NCBI GenBank assembly: GCA_965368975.1 | Contig: CBDUPA010000006.1 | Coordinates: 128,001 to 192,000 of the forward strand | DNA: 64,000 bases | Source: an uncultured bacterium | GTDB lineage: Bacteria; Acidobacteriota; Thermoanaerobaculia; Multivoradales; JAHZIX01 | Direction of reading: 5' to 3' | Shown here: positions 40,760 through 50,800 of the stretch, one piece after another | Layout: each line of letters starts with the position of its first letter | Position numbering within the stretch: position 1 is the first letter of the stretch | Program-made: the position numbers and the translations under genes | The notes under the pieces: model-generated | Database searches by the model: none | Seen by the model: the letters and a program-made list of their open reading frames with translations, nothing else | What the model was told of the DNA's origin: nothing

Positions 40760-41926
40760 ATGCCCAGAACCACCGGCCACTACTACCGCACCTCCGTCGT
40801 CGGCGAAGACGTCGACGCCTTCATCCCGACCCCCTTGCCGCCGGTCGATCCTCCCTTGTCCCTCGACGCAGAACTGCTCGATCTCCTCGACCAAGCCCAG
40901 AAAGCCCTGTGGCGACTCGAGATCGCTGGTGAAATGGTGCCGTCAGTGGCCTGGTTTGTCTATGCCTTCGTGCGCAAAGAGGCGGTGTTGTCGTCGCAGA
41001 TCGAGGGGACGCAGGCGACGCTGGTCGACTTGCTGACGTTCGAGGCCACGGCACAGACAGAGCCACGGCTCGAAGCGGACGTCGAGGAAGTTTGCAACTA
41101 CCTCGACGCGTTGGCCCACGCTCGGCAACAGCTACAGTCCCAAGAGGGACTGCCGATCAGCGTGCGCTTGCTCAACGAGGTGCACGCACGGTTGATGGCG
41201 GGCGCTCGCGGTGCCAACAAGCAGCCGGGGGAGATTCGGCGGAGTCAGAACTGGATCGGGGGCACGCGGCCCGGCAAGGCGCGCTTTGTGCCTCCACCGC
41301 CGCACGAGGTAAGCGGCTGCTTGACGGCGCTGGAGCGCTATGTCCACGCGGACGACGACTTGCCGCCTCTGGTGCGAGCGGGATTGCTGCACGTGCAGTT
41401 CGAGACCATCCATCCCTACCTCGACGGCAACGGACGTATCGGGCGACTGTTGGTGGCTCTGCTGCTCGAACACGGGGGGCTACTGTCCCAGCCGTTGCTC
41501 TATCTCAGCCTCTACTTCCGGCGGCACCAGCAAGAGTACTACCGGCGTTTGTCTGCGGTACGCACGGACGGGGATTGGGAAGGGTGGACGCGGTTCTTCT
41601 TGGAAGGTGTGCGGGTTGTAGCCGCGGAAGCGGTGCGTGTAGCCCGGGATTTGACCGCACTCATGGCACGGGATCGGAGTCGTTTGCTCGACGCGGCGTC
41701 GGGTTCCATGACCGCGATTCGACTTTTCGAACAGCTACCGGAGCACCCGGTCTTGACCGTCGCGCGGGCTGCCGAGTTACTGGACATGACGCGGCCGACG
41801 GTGACGAAGGCGATCGAGGTGTTGCGGGAAGTGGAGATCTTGCAAGAGATCTCGGGACGCAAGCGTGACCGCGTCTATCACTACTCGGCATATTTGGAAC
41901 GGCTGCGTGGTGAGATCGACGTCTGA
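40760..41926 (+). CDS. Fic-family protein with C-terminal HTH
   Basis: SSQIEG inhibitory motif; HPYLDGNGRIGR catalytic motif. Confidence 0.95.
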   Translation: MPRTTGHYYRTSVVGEDVDAFIPTPLPPVDPPLSLDAELLDLLDQAQKALWRLEIAGEMVPSVAWFVYAFVRKEAVLSSQIEGTQATLVDLLTFEATAQTEPRLEADVEEVCNYLDALAHARQQLQSQEGLPISVRLLNEVHARLMAGARGANKQPGEIRRSQNWIGGTRPGKARFVPPPPHEVSGCLTALERYVHADDDLPPLVRAGLLHVQFETIHPYLDGNGRIGRLLVALLLEHGGLLSQPLLYLSLYFRRHQQEYYRRLSAVRTDGDWEGWTRFFLEGVRVVAAEAVRVARDLTALMARDRSRLLDAASGSMTAIRLFEQLPEHPVLTVARAAELLDMTRPTVTKAIEVLREVEILQEISGRKRDRVYHYSAYLERLRGEIDV

Positions 41927-42195
41927 GTAGCGCTCACAGCTCATCGAAGCCACCGGTAGTGGCGATGAGAGGACGAACTCTCTGAAGTCAGTTGTCTTCA
42001 GAGAATTCCGGAGAGCTGGTCGCCAGGGTGGTGACTGGTGGAAGGAAGGGTCGGCGTTCTTCACCCGTAAAGCCGCCCACCAGTTCGGCGCCGCGAGTCC
42101 GCTCTGGGAAACGACTTGGTGTGATTTGGACGTTGCCTACACCTTCGGGTAGGGAAGGCCCCCACCGGGCGACATACAATCCGCAAGGAGGTTCA

Positions 42196-43161
42196 ATGGC
42201 AAAAAAACACACATCTACCCAGATCGCTGACTTGAGCTCACGTGGTGGTACCGCTGAGATTCGTGAGGTACTTTCAAAGATTCTCATGGACTTCGAGGAC
42301 TCGCCCAGTGACTTGGCGCGTTCGGCGCAGCAACAGCTGGGCAAGGCGACCAAGAAGCAGATCGTCAAGAGTGCGCTGCGGAAGTACTTCGAGTCGGAAG
42401 CGCTCAAGCCCTACCAGGCAGAGCTGATCAAGCTTCAGAAACACCTCGAGAACACCGGCCGCAAGGCCATCATTCTCTTCGATGGTCGCGATGCCTCGGG
42501 CAAGGGAGGCACGATCCGGCGCCTCACTCGGTACATGAACGAGAAACGGTACCGTGTGGTCGCACTGGGCAAGCCGACCGAGGTACAGAAGACCGAGCTC
42601 TTCATGAAGCGATACATCGAGCAATTCCCCCACGCGGGCGAGGTCGTGCTCTTCGACCGCAGCTGGTACAACCGCGCGATGGTCGAGCCGGTTATGGGAT
42701 TCTGTACCCCGAAACAGTATCGGCAGTTCATGAATCGAGTGGTGGGCTATGAAGAACGAATTCTCGCCGACGAGGCGACATACCTGATCAAGCTGTATTT
42801 CTCGGTCTCGAAGAAAGAGCAGGCACGGCGCTTCGACCGGCGCAGCAATGATCCACTGCGCCAGTGGAAACTCAGCGAGGTGGATTTACAGGCCCAGGAC
42901 CTATGGGACGAGTTCACCGAGAAGAAATTCCAACTGTTGCAGAAGACCGACACCCCGGAATCGCCGTGGTTCGTCATCCGGTCGGACGACAAACACCTGG
43001 CCCGACTCGAAACGATGAAGCTGATCTTGCGATTGATCCCGTATCGTGGACGCGCCCGCAGTCTCGATTTCGGAACCGACGACAACATCGTGATCGCCGG
43101 AAAAGACGAGCTGAAAAAGATGAAGAAAGAGCGGTCGCGGCATGGGAAGTTCCTCGACTGA
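42196..43161 (+). CDS. ppk2: Polyphosphate kinase 2 (class I-like), copy A
   Basis: DGRDASGKGG, FDRSWYNR; AAGGAGG RBS before ATG 42196. Confidence 0.92.
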   Translation: MAKKHTSTQIADLSSRGGTAEIREVLSKILMDFEDSPSDLARSAQQQLGKATKKQIVKSALRKYFESEALKPYQAELIKLQKHLENTGRKAIILFDGRDASGKGGTIRRLTRYMNEKRYRVVALGKPTEVQKTELFMKRYIEQFPHAGEVVLFDRSWYNRAMVEPVMGFCTPKQYRQFMNRVVGYEERILADEATYLIKLYFSVSKKEQARRFDRRSNDPLRQWKLSEVDLQAQDLWDEFTEKKFQLLQKTDTPESPWFVIRSDDKHLARLETMKLILRLIPYRGRARSLDFGTDDNIVIAGKDELKKMKKERSRHGKFLD

Positions 43162-43200
43162 GAGCCATCCATTGACGTCAAGAACGAGGACAGACGAGCT

Positions 43201-44142
43201 GTGAGTAAGAAAGATACCGTGGTTCGGAAGCGAGGAGCAGGACGGTCCAAGGCCGACGATGCACAGAAGGTCAGTGCTCTGAAAATGAAACTTGCCGAGA
43301 AGACGGCCTCGCGCAGCGTCGCTAAGCGTCCTTCGGAGAAGCGGGTCCCCGTTTGGGTCAACCGCCAACAGATCGATTACGAGCAAGAACTCCGTGCCCT
43401 GCAAACCGAGCTGCTCAAGATGCAGAATCACGTGAAGACACAGGGTCTTCGCCTGGTGTTGCTCTTCGAGGGCCGGGACGCGGCCGGCAAGGGGGGGACG
43501 ATCAAGCGGATCACCGAGTATCTCAATCCCCGGGGATCCCGCATCGTCGCGCTCGAGAAGCCCAGCGACCGGGAGCGTACGCAATGGTATTTCCAGCGCT
43601 ACGTCGCCCACCTACCGGCAGCGGGCGAGCTCGTCTTGTTCGACCGCAGCTGGTACAACCGCGCGATGGTCGAGCCAATCATGGGTTTCTGCACCGACGA
43701 GCAGAACAAGCGCTTCATCAAGGACGTTCCCTTCTTCGAGCAGATGCTGGTGAAGGACGGGATTCAGCTGTTCAAGTTCTACTTCTCGGTCTCGAAAAAA
43801 GAGCAGCTGCAGCGATTCCAATCACGCGAAAAGGACCTGCTCAAGCAGTACAAGATCTCGCCGGTCGATCGGCAGGCCCAGGAGCTGTGGAATCACTACA
43901 CGGTGAAGAAGTTTCAGATGCTCAGCGAGACCAATCGCACGATTGCCCCGTGGACCATCATCCGCTCCGACAACAAGAAAATGGCTCGCATCAACTGCAT
44001 TCGCCACATCCTCCTGAACGTCGATTACCAGGGCAAGCCGGATCCCCGGAGCCTGATCCCGGATCCCGATGTCGTGATCTCCGGAATCGATGAACTCAAG
44101 ATGATGGAGGACAACTTCCTGCGGGTACGGGAAGGCCGTTGA
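43201..44142 (+). CDS. ppk2: Polyphosphate kinase 2 (class I-like), copy B
   Basis: EGRDAAGKGG, LNPRG, FDRSWYNR. Confidence 0.94.
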   Translation: MSKKDTVVRKRGAGRSKADDAQKVSALKMKLAEKTASRSVAKRPSEKRVPVWVNRQQIDYEQELRALQTELLKMQNHVKTQGLRLVLLFEGRDAAGKGGTIKRITEYLNPRGSRIVALEKPSDRERTQWYFQRYVAHLPAAGELVLFDRSWYNRAMVEPIMGFCTDEQNKRFIKDVPFFEQMLVKDGIQLFKFYFSVSKKEQLQRFQSREKDLLKQYKISPVDRQAQELWNHYTVKKFQMLSETNRTIAPWTIIRSDNKKMARINCIRHILLNVDYQGKPDPRSLIPDPDVVISGIDELKMMEDNFLRVREGR

Positions 44143-44200
44143 ACCTGCCGGATCCAAAGGCTTCCCCAGAGTAAGAGAGCGCTTGCGTTCCCTCTGAACG

Positions 44201-44236
44201 CAAAACCGCCCGCTCCCATGACGGGTAGCGGGCGGT
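44201..44236 (-). terminator. Intrinsic terminator between convergent ppk2B and the DsbA-like gene
   Basis: Stem accgcccgct/agcgggcggt, followed by TTTTG on the minus strand. Confidence 0.7.
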
Positions 44237-44274
44237 AGAGACGACGTGGAAGTCGTGGCGGACGTGAGTCCGAC

Positions 44275-45342
44275 TTACTCGGAAGCGCCAGCGCGGGCCA
44301 GCTCTTCGTCGATCACTTCCTGGAAGGCCGTGAAGGGCTGGGCGCCGGAGATCAGGCGACCGTTGATGAAGAAGCCGGGGGTGCCGGAAACGCCAGCGAG
44401 GCTGCCTTCACGCAGGTCGTCCTGCACCAGCTGGGCGTACTTGTCGCCGTCCAGGCACTCGCCGAAGGCGGTCAGGTCGAGGCCCAGACGCTCGGCCTTG
44501 TTCTTCAGCTGATCGATGCCCAGCTGCTGCTGCTCGGCGAACAGGAGATCGTGCATCTCCCAGAACTTTCCCTGGTCGTGCGCGCACATCGCGGCCTCGG
44601 AGGCCTTCTGCGCGTTCTCGTGGAAGTTCAGGGGGTAGTGGCGGAAGTAGATCTTGACCTTGTCGCCGTAGGTGTCCATGACCTGCTGCAGGGTCGGGTT
44701 GACACGCGAGCAGAAGGGGCACTCGAAGTCGGAGAACTCGACAATGGTGATGGGGGCGTTGGCCGGGCCCTTGAACGGAGCGTCGCCACCGTCGACCTCA
44801 GCGCGGTACGGGCCGAGGTTGTTGGCCACTTCGACGCCTTCACTCAGGGAGCCGTAGAACGCGTCGGTGCGCTCCTGGCGGGCCAGGTTCTGCAGGTGAG
44901 CGCGGATCTGGGCGGCAACGTTTTCCTTCGGCTGGCGGATGCGCGCCTGGTTCTCGGTGTAGAAGGCGTCGACATCGGCGTCGGTGACCTCGGGGATCTT
45001 CTCTTCGATCTCCTGCTGCAGCAGCTCAGCGGTGCTGATGCCGCGCGCCTCGGCGGCGCGATTCAGCAGTTCCTGGTTGAGCAGCTCCTGCAGGGTGCTC
45101 TCCATGACTTCGTGGCGGCTGCGCTTGTAGTTGACCTTACACTGCTGCAGCTGCATCTCGACCTGTTCCATCTGCTCGCCAGCGGCGTCGAGGATGTCCT
45201 TCTCGGTGAAGGTCTTGTCACCGACCTGGCCGAGGGTGCCGGTAGCCGAGGCGTCGTCAGCGGCGCAGGCGGGCAGCATCCAGGCGGTCGTGCCGATGAC
45301 GAGAAGGGCGAACGCAAACACGAGTGTGCGCTTCAGTTGCAT
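44275..45342 (-). CDS. DsbA-family thioredoxin-fold protein with SurA-like N-terminal helices
   Basis: EFSDFECPFC, GVSGTP; export signal. Confidence 0.92.
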   Translation of the reverse strand: MQLKRTLVFAFALLVIGTTAWMLPACAADDASATGTLGQVGDKTFTEKDILDAAGEQMEQVEMQLQQCKVNYKRSRHEVMESTLQELLNQELLNRAAEARGISTAELLQQEIEEKIPEVTDADVDAFYTENQARIRQPKENVAAQIRAHLQNLARQERTDAFYGSLSEGVEVANNLGPYRAEVDGGDAPFKGPANAPITIVEFSDFECPFCSRVNPTLQQVMDTYGDKVKIYFRHYPLNFHENAQKASEAAMCAHDQGKFWEMHDLLFAEQQQLGIDQLKNKAERLGLDLTAFGECLDGDKYAQLVQDDLREGSLAGVSGTPGFFINGRLISGAQPFTAFQEVIDEELARAGASE

Positions 45343-45460
45343 GATGATGGTTCTCCTTTGGTGCGATCTCGAGGCTCGATAGGATCGAAATTCGGTATTC
45401 CCGAGTGGGTGGTTTTCGGACGGACCCGGAATTGTAACGTAAGCGCTTGCCGGGATGGTT

Positions 45461-46348
45461 TCATCCCGCCGGCATGGGGCGCCGGGGTGCGGCGCCGTCT
45501 GGAGCGCTGAGGTGGCGGACGGTCAGGCCCTCGAGGATGCGGTCGGCCGGGATGCCGCGCAGGCGCAGCTCCGGAGCTGCCAGCAGATTCTCCGCGAGAG
45601 CCAGAAGGCGTCGGCGCAGGGCCGGCGCTGGTTGTAGTTGATCACAGCTGTGCAAGAGGGCGCGTGCCGCGACGGTCCAGGGACGCCCGGCGCGCGGGTC
45701 GCTCCAGCCGCTGGCACGGCCGAGGATGCCGGCGACGGCGAGCGGGTAGATAGCGGCGTGAGTGTCGACGTACCCGCGCAGGCAGGTGGTGAGGTCGTCG
45801 ACCAGCTCGGCGGCCTCTTCGGCCTCGTCAACGCTGCTCGTGCCACCCAGAAAAATGGCCAGGGAGCGGCTGCGCAAGGTGGGCAGCAGGTCGAACTGGG
45901 ATGGGGCCAGCAGCAGGAAGTGGCGCGGCGCGGTTTCGGCTGGCTCCTCCAGTGCCTTGAGCAGGGCATTGGCGGCCTCGCCGCTGAGCGTCTCGGCGTT
46001 GGCGATGACGAAGACCTGGCCGCGCGCTTCGAAGGGCGAGACGTGGCTGCCCTGCAAGAAACGCTTGACGGCATCCACGGAGGTCGAGGTCTTGAGGTCG
46101 CGCTCGAGCACCTGGAAATCGGGGTGGAAGGTGTCCTGTTGCTTGTCCGGCCACACGATGCGCCGGCAGTGGCGGCACGGCGGCTCGTCCTTACCGCACG
46201 GGCGGTCTCCGGCCTCGTGCTGGCACTGCAGGATGCGGCCGAGGCGCACGGCGGCTTCCTGGCGCAGCGTCTCGTCGCCGCCGTGCAAGATCACGGACGG
46301 GTAGAGGCGGTCTGTGCGCGCCAGGTGCTCGGAGTGTTGCAGATTCAT
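45461..46348 (-). CDS. holB: DNA polymerase III delta-prime-like subunit
   Basis: Cys4 zinc module, HPDF, AANALLKALEEP, LLPTLRSR; no Walker A. Confidence 0.75.
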   Translation of the reverse strand: MNLQHSEHLARTDRLYPSVILHGGDETLRQEAAVRLGRILQCQHEAGDRPCGKDEPPCRHCRRIVWPDKQQDTFHPDFQVLERDLKTSTSVDAVKRFLQGSHVSPFEARGQVFVIANAETLSGEAANALLKALEEPAETAPRHFLLLAPSQFDLLPTLRSRSLAIFLGGTSSVDEAEEAAELVDDLTTCLRGYVDTHAAIYPLAVAGILGRASGWSDPRAGRPWTVAARALLHSCDQLQPAPALRRRLLALAENLLAAPELRLRGIPADRILEGLTVRHLSAPDGAAPRRPMPAG

Positions 46349-46482
46349 GCCAGGTTCAAGGGTCGTTCGGTGGGCGGTCGAGGCGGTGAGCCTCCCGAGG
46401 GCGCTCAGACCGGGAAGGATAGCATGCCCTCGACCCCGCCGTGGTGAGCCTCTCGCGTGCACGCTGTTGATAGAGTCGCGAA

Positions 46483-47835
46483 ATGTCCAGCACAGCACAG
46501 CCCTTGTCGTCGCCGTCTTCTCCGTCGCCGTCTTCTGCGTCGGGGAGGCCCCACGTCGTGATCCTCGGTGGTGGATTTGCCGGGCTCTACGCGGCGCGCC
46601 GCCTGCGCCGGGCGCCGGTTCGGCTGACCCTGGTCGATCGGCGCAATCATCACTTGTTCCAGCCGTTGCTCTACCAGGTGGCGACGGCGGCGCTGAGTGC
46701 GGTCGACATCGCCGAGCCGATCCGCAAGATCTTGCACCGGCAGCGCAATGCCACGGTCTTGTTGGCGCAGGCTGAGGATGTCGATCTGCCGGCGCGCAAG
46801 GTGTTGCTGGATGGGGGCGGCGAACTGCACTACGATTACCTGGTGGTCGCCACCGGTGCGTCACACTCGTATTTCGGCAATGATCACTGGCAGCGTCATG
46901 CACCGGGGCTGAAGACGCTGGAAGATGCTCTGGGGATCCGGCGGCGCGTGCTGCTGTCGTATGAGCAGGCGGAGCGCGAACCCGACGCCGAGAAGCGAAA
47001 GTCGTGGTTGACCTTCGTCGTGGTGGGAGCCGGACCGACCGGAGCGGAGCTGGCCGGGGCGCTGTCCGAAATCGCTCGCAAGACGCTGGCCCGCAACTTC
47101 CGTAACTTCGATCCGGCCGAGGCGCGCGTGCTGCTGGTCGAAGGGGCGGATCGTGTGTTGCCGCCGTATCCACCGGAGCTGAGTGCCAAGGCCCAGGAAC
47201 AGCTCGAAGCCCTGGGTGTCGAGGTGCGCACCGGTGCCCTGGTCACTCAGGTCGACGCGACCGGTGTCACGCTGAAGGCCCGGCACGAAGGGGATCGCGC
47301 AGGGGACGAGGAGCGGATCGAGGCGCACACGGTGCTGTGGGCGGCGGGGGTGGCGGCGTCACCGCTGGGCGCCAAGCTGGGAGCGCCGACGGACCGTGCC
47401 GGCCGGGTCAAGGTTGAGAAAGACCTGTCGCTGCCCGGTCATCCGGAGGTCTTCGTGGTGGGTGACTTGGCGTCGCTGGAGCACGGTGGCCAGCCCGTGC
47501 CGGGCGTGGCCCCGGCGGCGATCCAGATGGGCGAGCATACAGCGGAGAATCTACTGCGTGCTCTGCGCGGCGAGGCATCGCGGCCCTTCGAGTATCGCGA
47601 CAAGGGCACCATGGCGACGCTGGGCCGCAAATCCGCGGTCGCCCAGTTGGGCAACACCAAGCTGTCGGGTTGGCTCGCCTGGATGGCCTGGTTGCTGATC
47701 CACGTCTTCTTCTTGATCGGCTTCCGCAACCGCTTCGTGGTGCTCTTCGAGTGGGCTTGGGCCTACGTGACCTACCAGCGCAGCGCGCGGGTCATTCTGC
47801 GGGAGGAGAGCCCGGCGCACGACGAAAGTTCTTGA
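46483..47835 (+). CDS. ndh: Type II NADH dehydrogenase
   Basis: GGGFAG, FQPLLYQVAT, GAGPTGAE, WAAGV. Confidence 0.93.
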   Translation: MSSTAQPLSSPSSPSPSSASGRPHVVILGGGFAGLYAARRLRRAPVRLTLVDRRNHHLFQPLLYQVATAALSAVDIAEPIRKILHRQRNATVLLAQAEDVDLPARKVLLDGGGELHYDYLVVATGASHSYFGNDHWQRHAPGLKTLEDALGIRRRVLLSYEQAEREPDAEKRKSWLTFVVVGAGPTGAELAGALSEIARKTLARNFRNFDPAEARVLLVEGADRVLPPYPPELSAKAQEQLEALGVEVRTGALVTQVDATGVTLKARHEGDRAGDEERIEAHTVLWAAGVAASPLGAKLGAPTDRAGRVKVEKDLSLPGHPEVFVVGDLASLEHGGQPVPGVAPAAIQMGEHTAENLLRALRGEASRPFEYRDKGTMATLGRKSAVAQLGNTKLSGWLAWMAWLLIHVFFLIGFRNRFVVLFEWAWAYVTYQRSARVILREESPAHDESS

Positions 47836-47864
47836 CGCGCGGGGCCCTGGCGCCGCGCTGCCGG

Positions 47865-50800
47865 TCAGTTGGCGCTGGCCGCCGCCGCTGTCGGGGCGAG
47901 CGTGCCAGGGGGGGAGGGAGCGGGCCGCTGCCAGCGGTTGTACAACTCGTCGAGGTGCTGGCGTGCCGAGCGCGTGTAGTCGGAGTCGCCGGTTTGCTGC
48001 TCCAGCTGTTCGTAGCTGTGCAGCAACAGCTGCTCGGCCTCCGCGAAGCGCTCCTGTGCGAGCAGGCAAGCGCCGAGCTGGCTTTGGGTATCGAGAGTGC
48101 GCCAATGGTCCGGTGGCAAGGACTCGACGAAGGCTGCCAGGGCCTGGCGTAGGGCGGCTTCGGCTGGTTCCAGCTGGCCCTGGAGTCGCAGGACGCGACC
48201 CAGGTTCACCAGCGTCGTTCCGACCTTGGAATGCCGCTCGCCGAGCGCCTGGCGGCGAATCTCGAGGGCCTGGCGTAGTAGAGCCTCCGCGCCGTCGAGG
48301 TTGCCTTGGGCTTCGAGCACAAGGCCCAGGCCATTGAGGATCGTCGCGATGTCGGGATGGTTTGCGCCCAGTAGACGCTGGCGCATCTCGAGCACCTCGC
48401 GGTAGGTCGTTTCGGCCTGTGCCAGCTTGCCGTTCTGCCGAAGTAGGGCAGCCAGATTGCTGAGCGTGGTGGCGACCTGCGGGTGGCTCTCGCCGTAGGC
48501 CTGGCGATAGATGTCCAGAGCTTCGCGCAGCGGTTGTTCGGCGGCCTCGTACCTGTGCTGCATCTGGTGCAGGGCCGCCAGGTTGTTGAGGGTCATGGCG
48601 ACGTTCGGGTGCGTTTCCCCCAGGGCGACACGCAGGTTGGCCAGGGCCGCCTGGTACATCTCCTCGGCCTGGGAGTATTCGCCCTGCTCGTAGAGCACGC
48701 CGGCGATATTGTTGAGGCTGGCGCCGACTTCGGGATGTTCGGTTCCCAGATGCTTGCGCCGGATGTCGAGCGCCTCGCGGTAAAGCTCTTCGGCGACCTT
48801 GAACTGGCTCAGGTCCTCCTGCAGTAGCGCCAGATCGTTGAGGCTCTCGGCCACTTCCAGGGCGTCCCGGCCGAAGTGGTCGCGCCGGATCTGCAGCGCC
48901 TGCCGGAACAGCTGTTCTGCGGCCAGCAACTCACTCTGCTCGTGCAGTGTGATGGCGAGCAGGTGTAGGGCGTCCGCGATCATCGGGTGACCGCTGGAGA
49001 GGTGCTCCCTGCGGATGCTGAGCGCCTCGCGCGCCGCGGTCTCGGCTTCGTGGAAGCGCCCCTGGTGGACCAGCAACTGGCTGGAGCTGATCAGGCTCTC
49101 GGTCAGTTCGATGTCGTTGGCCGGTAGTTTGGATTGCCGTAGCTGCAGGCTCTTGACGATCAGGGGTTCGGCGTGCTCGAGATCGCCGATGCCGAGGTAG
49201 ACGTTGCCGAGCGCGTCGAGCAACTTGGCCTGGGCCCGTGGCTGATCCTGGAACTCCTGCTCGATGCGGGCACTGGCTCGCGCCAGCACTTGGTGGGCGT
49301 CGACGGAGCTCGGGTCGTTGGTGCGGTACGGGTCGAGCAGGTCGAAGGTCTCGACCAGGACGCCCGCGATCTGCTGTACTAGCTCGGCCTCGCGGTCGGC
49401 GCGCGCGCTGTGCTTGGCTGCGCGCTGCGCCTGCAGGAAGACGATGGCGGTCATCACTAGCAGGACCAGGGTGGCGATGCCGGCACTGCGCCAGCGGCGG
49501 CGCAGCTGGTGTAGCTCCTGGCGCGTGGCCTCGGCCTCGAGGACCTGCTGGCGGCGGTGCTCTTCTTGCTGTTGAGCGTGAAAGTGCTGTGCCTCGAGGC
49601 TGTCGAGATCGCGCAGCCGCTGTGCCAGTTCGAGCGCGTTGGACATGCGCCGCTCGGGCGTGCCATCGATCGTGGCGGCGACGGTCTGCGCCAGCACTGG
49701 GTTGGTGATCTCGCGTTGCCAGCCGGGCGCCAGGGCGCGGCTGAAGTCGCAGATCAGCAGCTGGTAGAGCATCACGCCCAGGGCATAGATGTCCGACTGC
49801 AGCGTCGCCGGTTTTCCTTCGAGCAGTTCCGGTGCCATGTAGAGATGCGTGCCGACGGGCATCCCCTGGTGCTCGGTGATGGCCTCCCCGAAGCCGATCA
49901 TCGTGATGCCGGCGCGTTCGAGGCGGTCGCGATCCGTGATGCGGCCGATACCGAAGTCGGTGAGCTGTGCCTGCGGGTGCTGGGGGTCGGTCAAGTCGAT
50001 CAGCACGTTCGACGGCTTGACGTCCTTGTGCAGCACGCCCACCGAGTGCGCCGCCGCGAGGGCTTCGGCCACTTGCGCCACCAGGTTGAGGCGCACGTGC
50101 AGCGGTACGCGCTCGATACCGCCTTGCTGCTCGGCCCAGTCGAGCATGCTGCCGCTGGCAGTGTGCTGCATCTCGATGAAGTAGGGCGCGCGGTCGAAGT
50201 TCCAGTCGAGGATGCGTGTGATGTCACGGCGATCACCGAGCTCTTCCTTGAGCAGGCGGAAGACGGTGATCTCCCGCTTGAGCGAATTCAGGCTGCGTGC
50301 CTCGTAGCAGAACTTGAAGACGCGGCGGTCGCCGGTCTTCTTGTGGCACGCCAGCCAGATCTCGCCGATGCCTCCGGATGCCAACTTGCGCTCCAGCACC
50401 CAGTTGAGGCGCTGCGGGATCTCCAGGCCGCGTGCCGGTCGCCAGCCGGGGATGGTGGCTTCCTGCACGATACGAAGCGCCTGGTCGCTGTCCTCCGGTG
50501 CGCGCAGTGGCGCCTCGTCCTCGATACCGACCTCGAAGATCTCCAGCGTATCCTCGAAGCCTTCGAACAGGTAGTGGCCGTGGGCCATCCAGGAGAGCAC
50601 CGCGCTAGCGGAACCGGAGCCGACCGAGGACTGGCGGGCCAGGTCGAAGGCGGCGCGGGTGAGCAAAGTCTGCCCTGGACTGGCCAGACGCATCAGCTGC
50701 GCGGTGAGCGAGCGGGCGAGGATCTCGGTCTCGCTGGCGTCCTCTTCGTCCTGGCCCAGCAGGCTGAGGTCGATGGCCGCGGTGTCGGCGTCGGCGGAGC

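Larger units (their letters stand above)
37790..41930. other. Accessory island (lower-GC left half, TA modules, fic)
   Basis: Visible GC drop at about 37790-39720; gene content typical of defence/TA hotspots; no integrase or att sites seen. Confidence 0.6.

Noticed and set aside
37790-41930. Prophage, IS or integron
   Set aside because: No integrase, transposase, terminal repeats, tRNA target or convincing attC sites seen.
41960-42010. Hammerhead-like words (gatgag...gaa)
   Set aside because: No exact CUGANGA/GAAA core with the required stems.
45461-46348. holB as a pseudogene because it lacks Walker A
   Set aside because: Delta-prime subunits normally do not bind ATP; the frame is intact with zinc and SR motifs.
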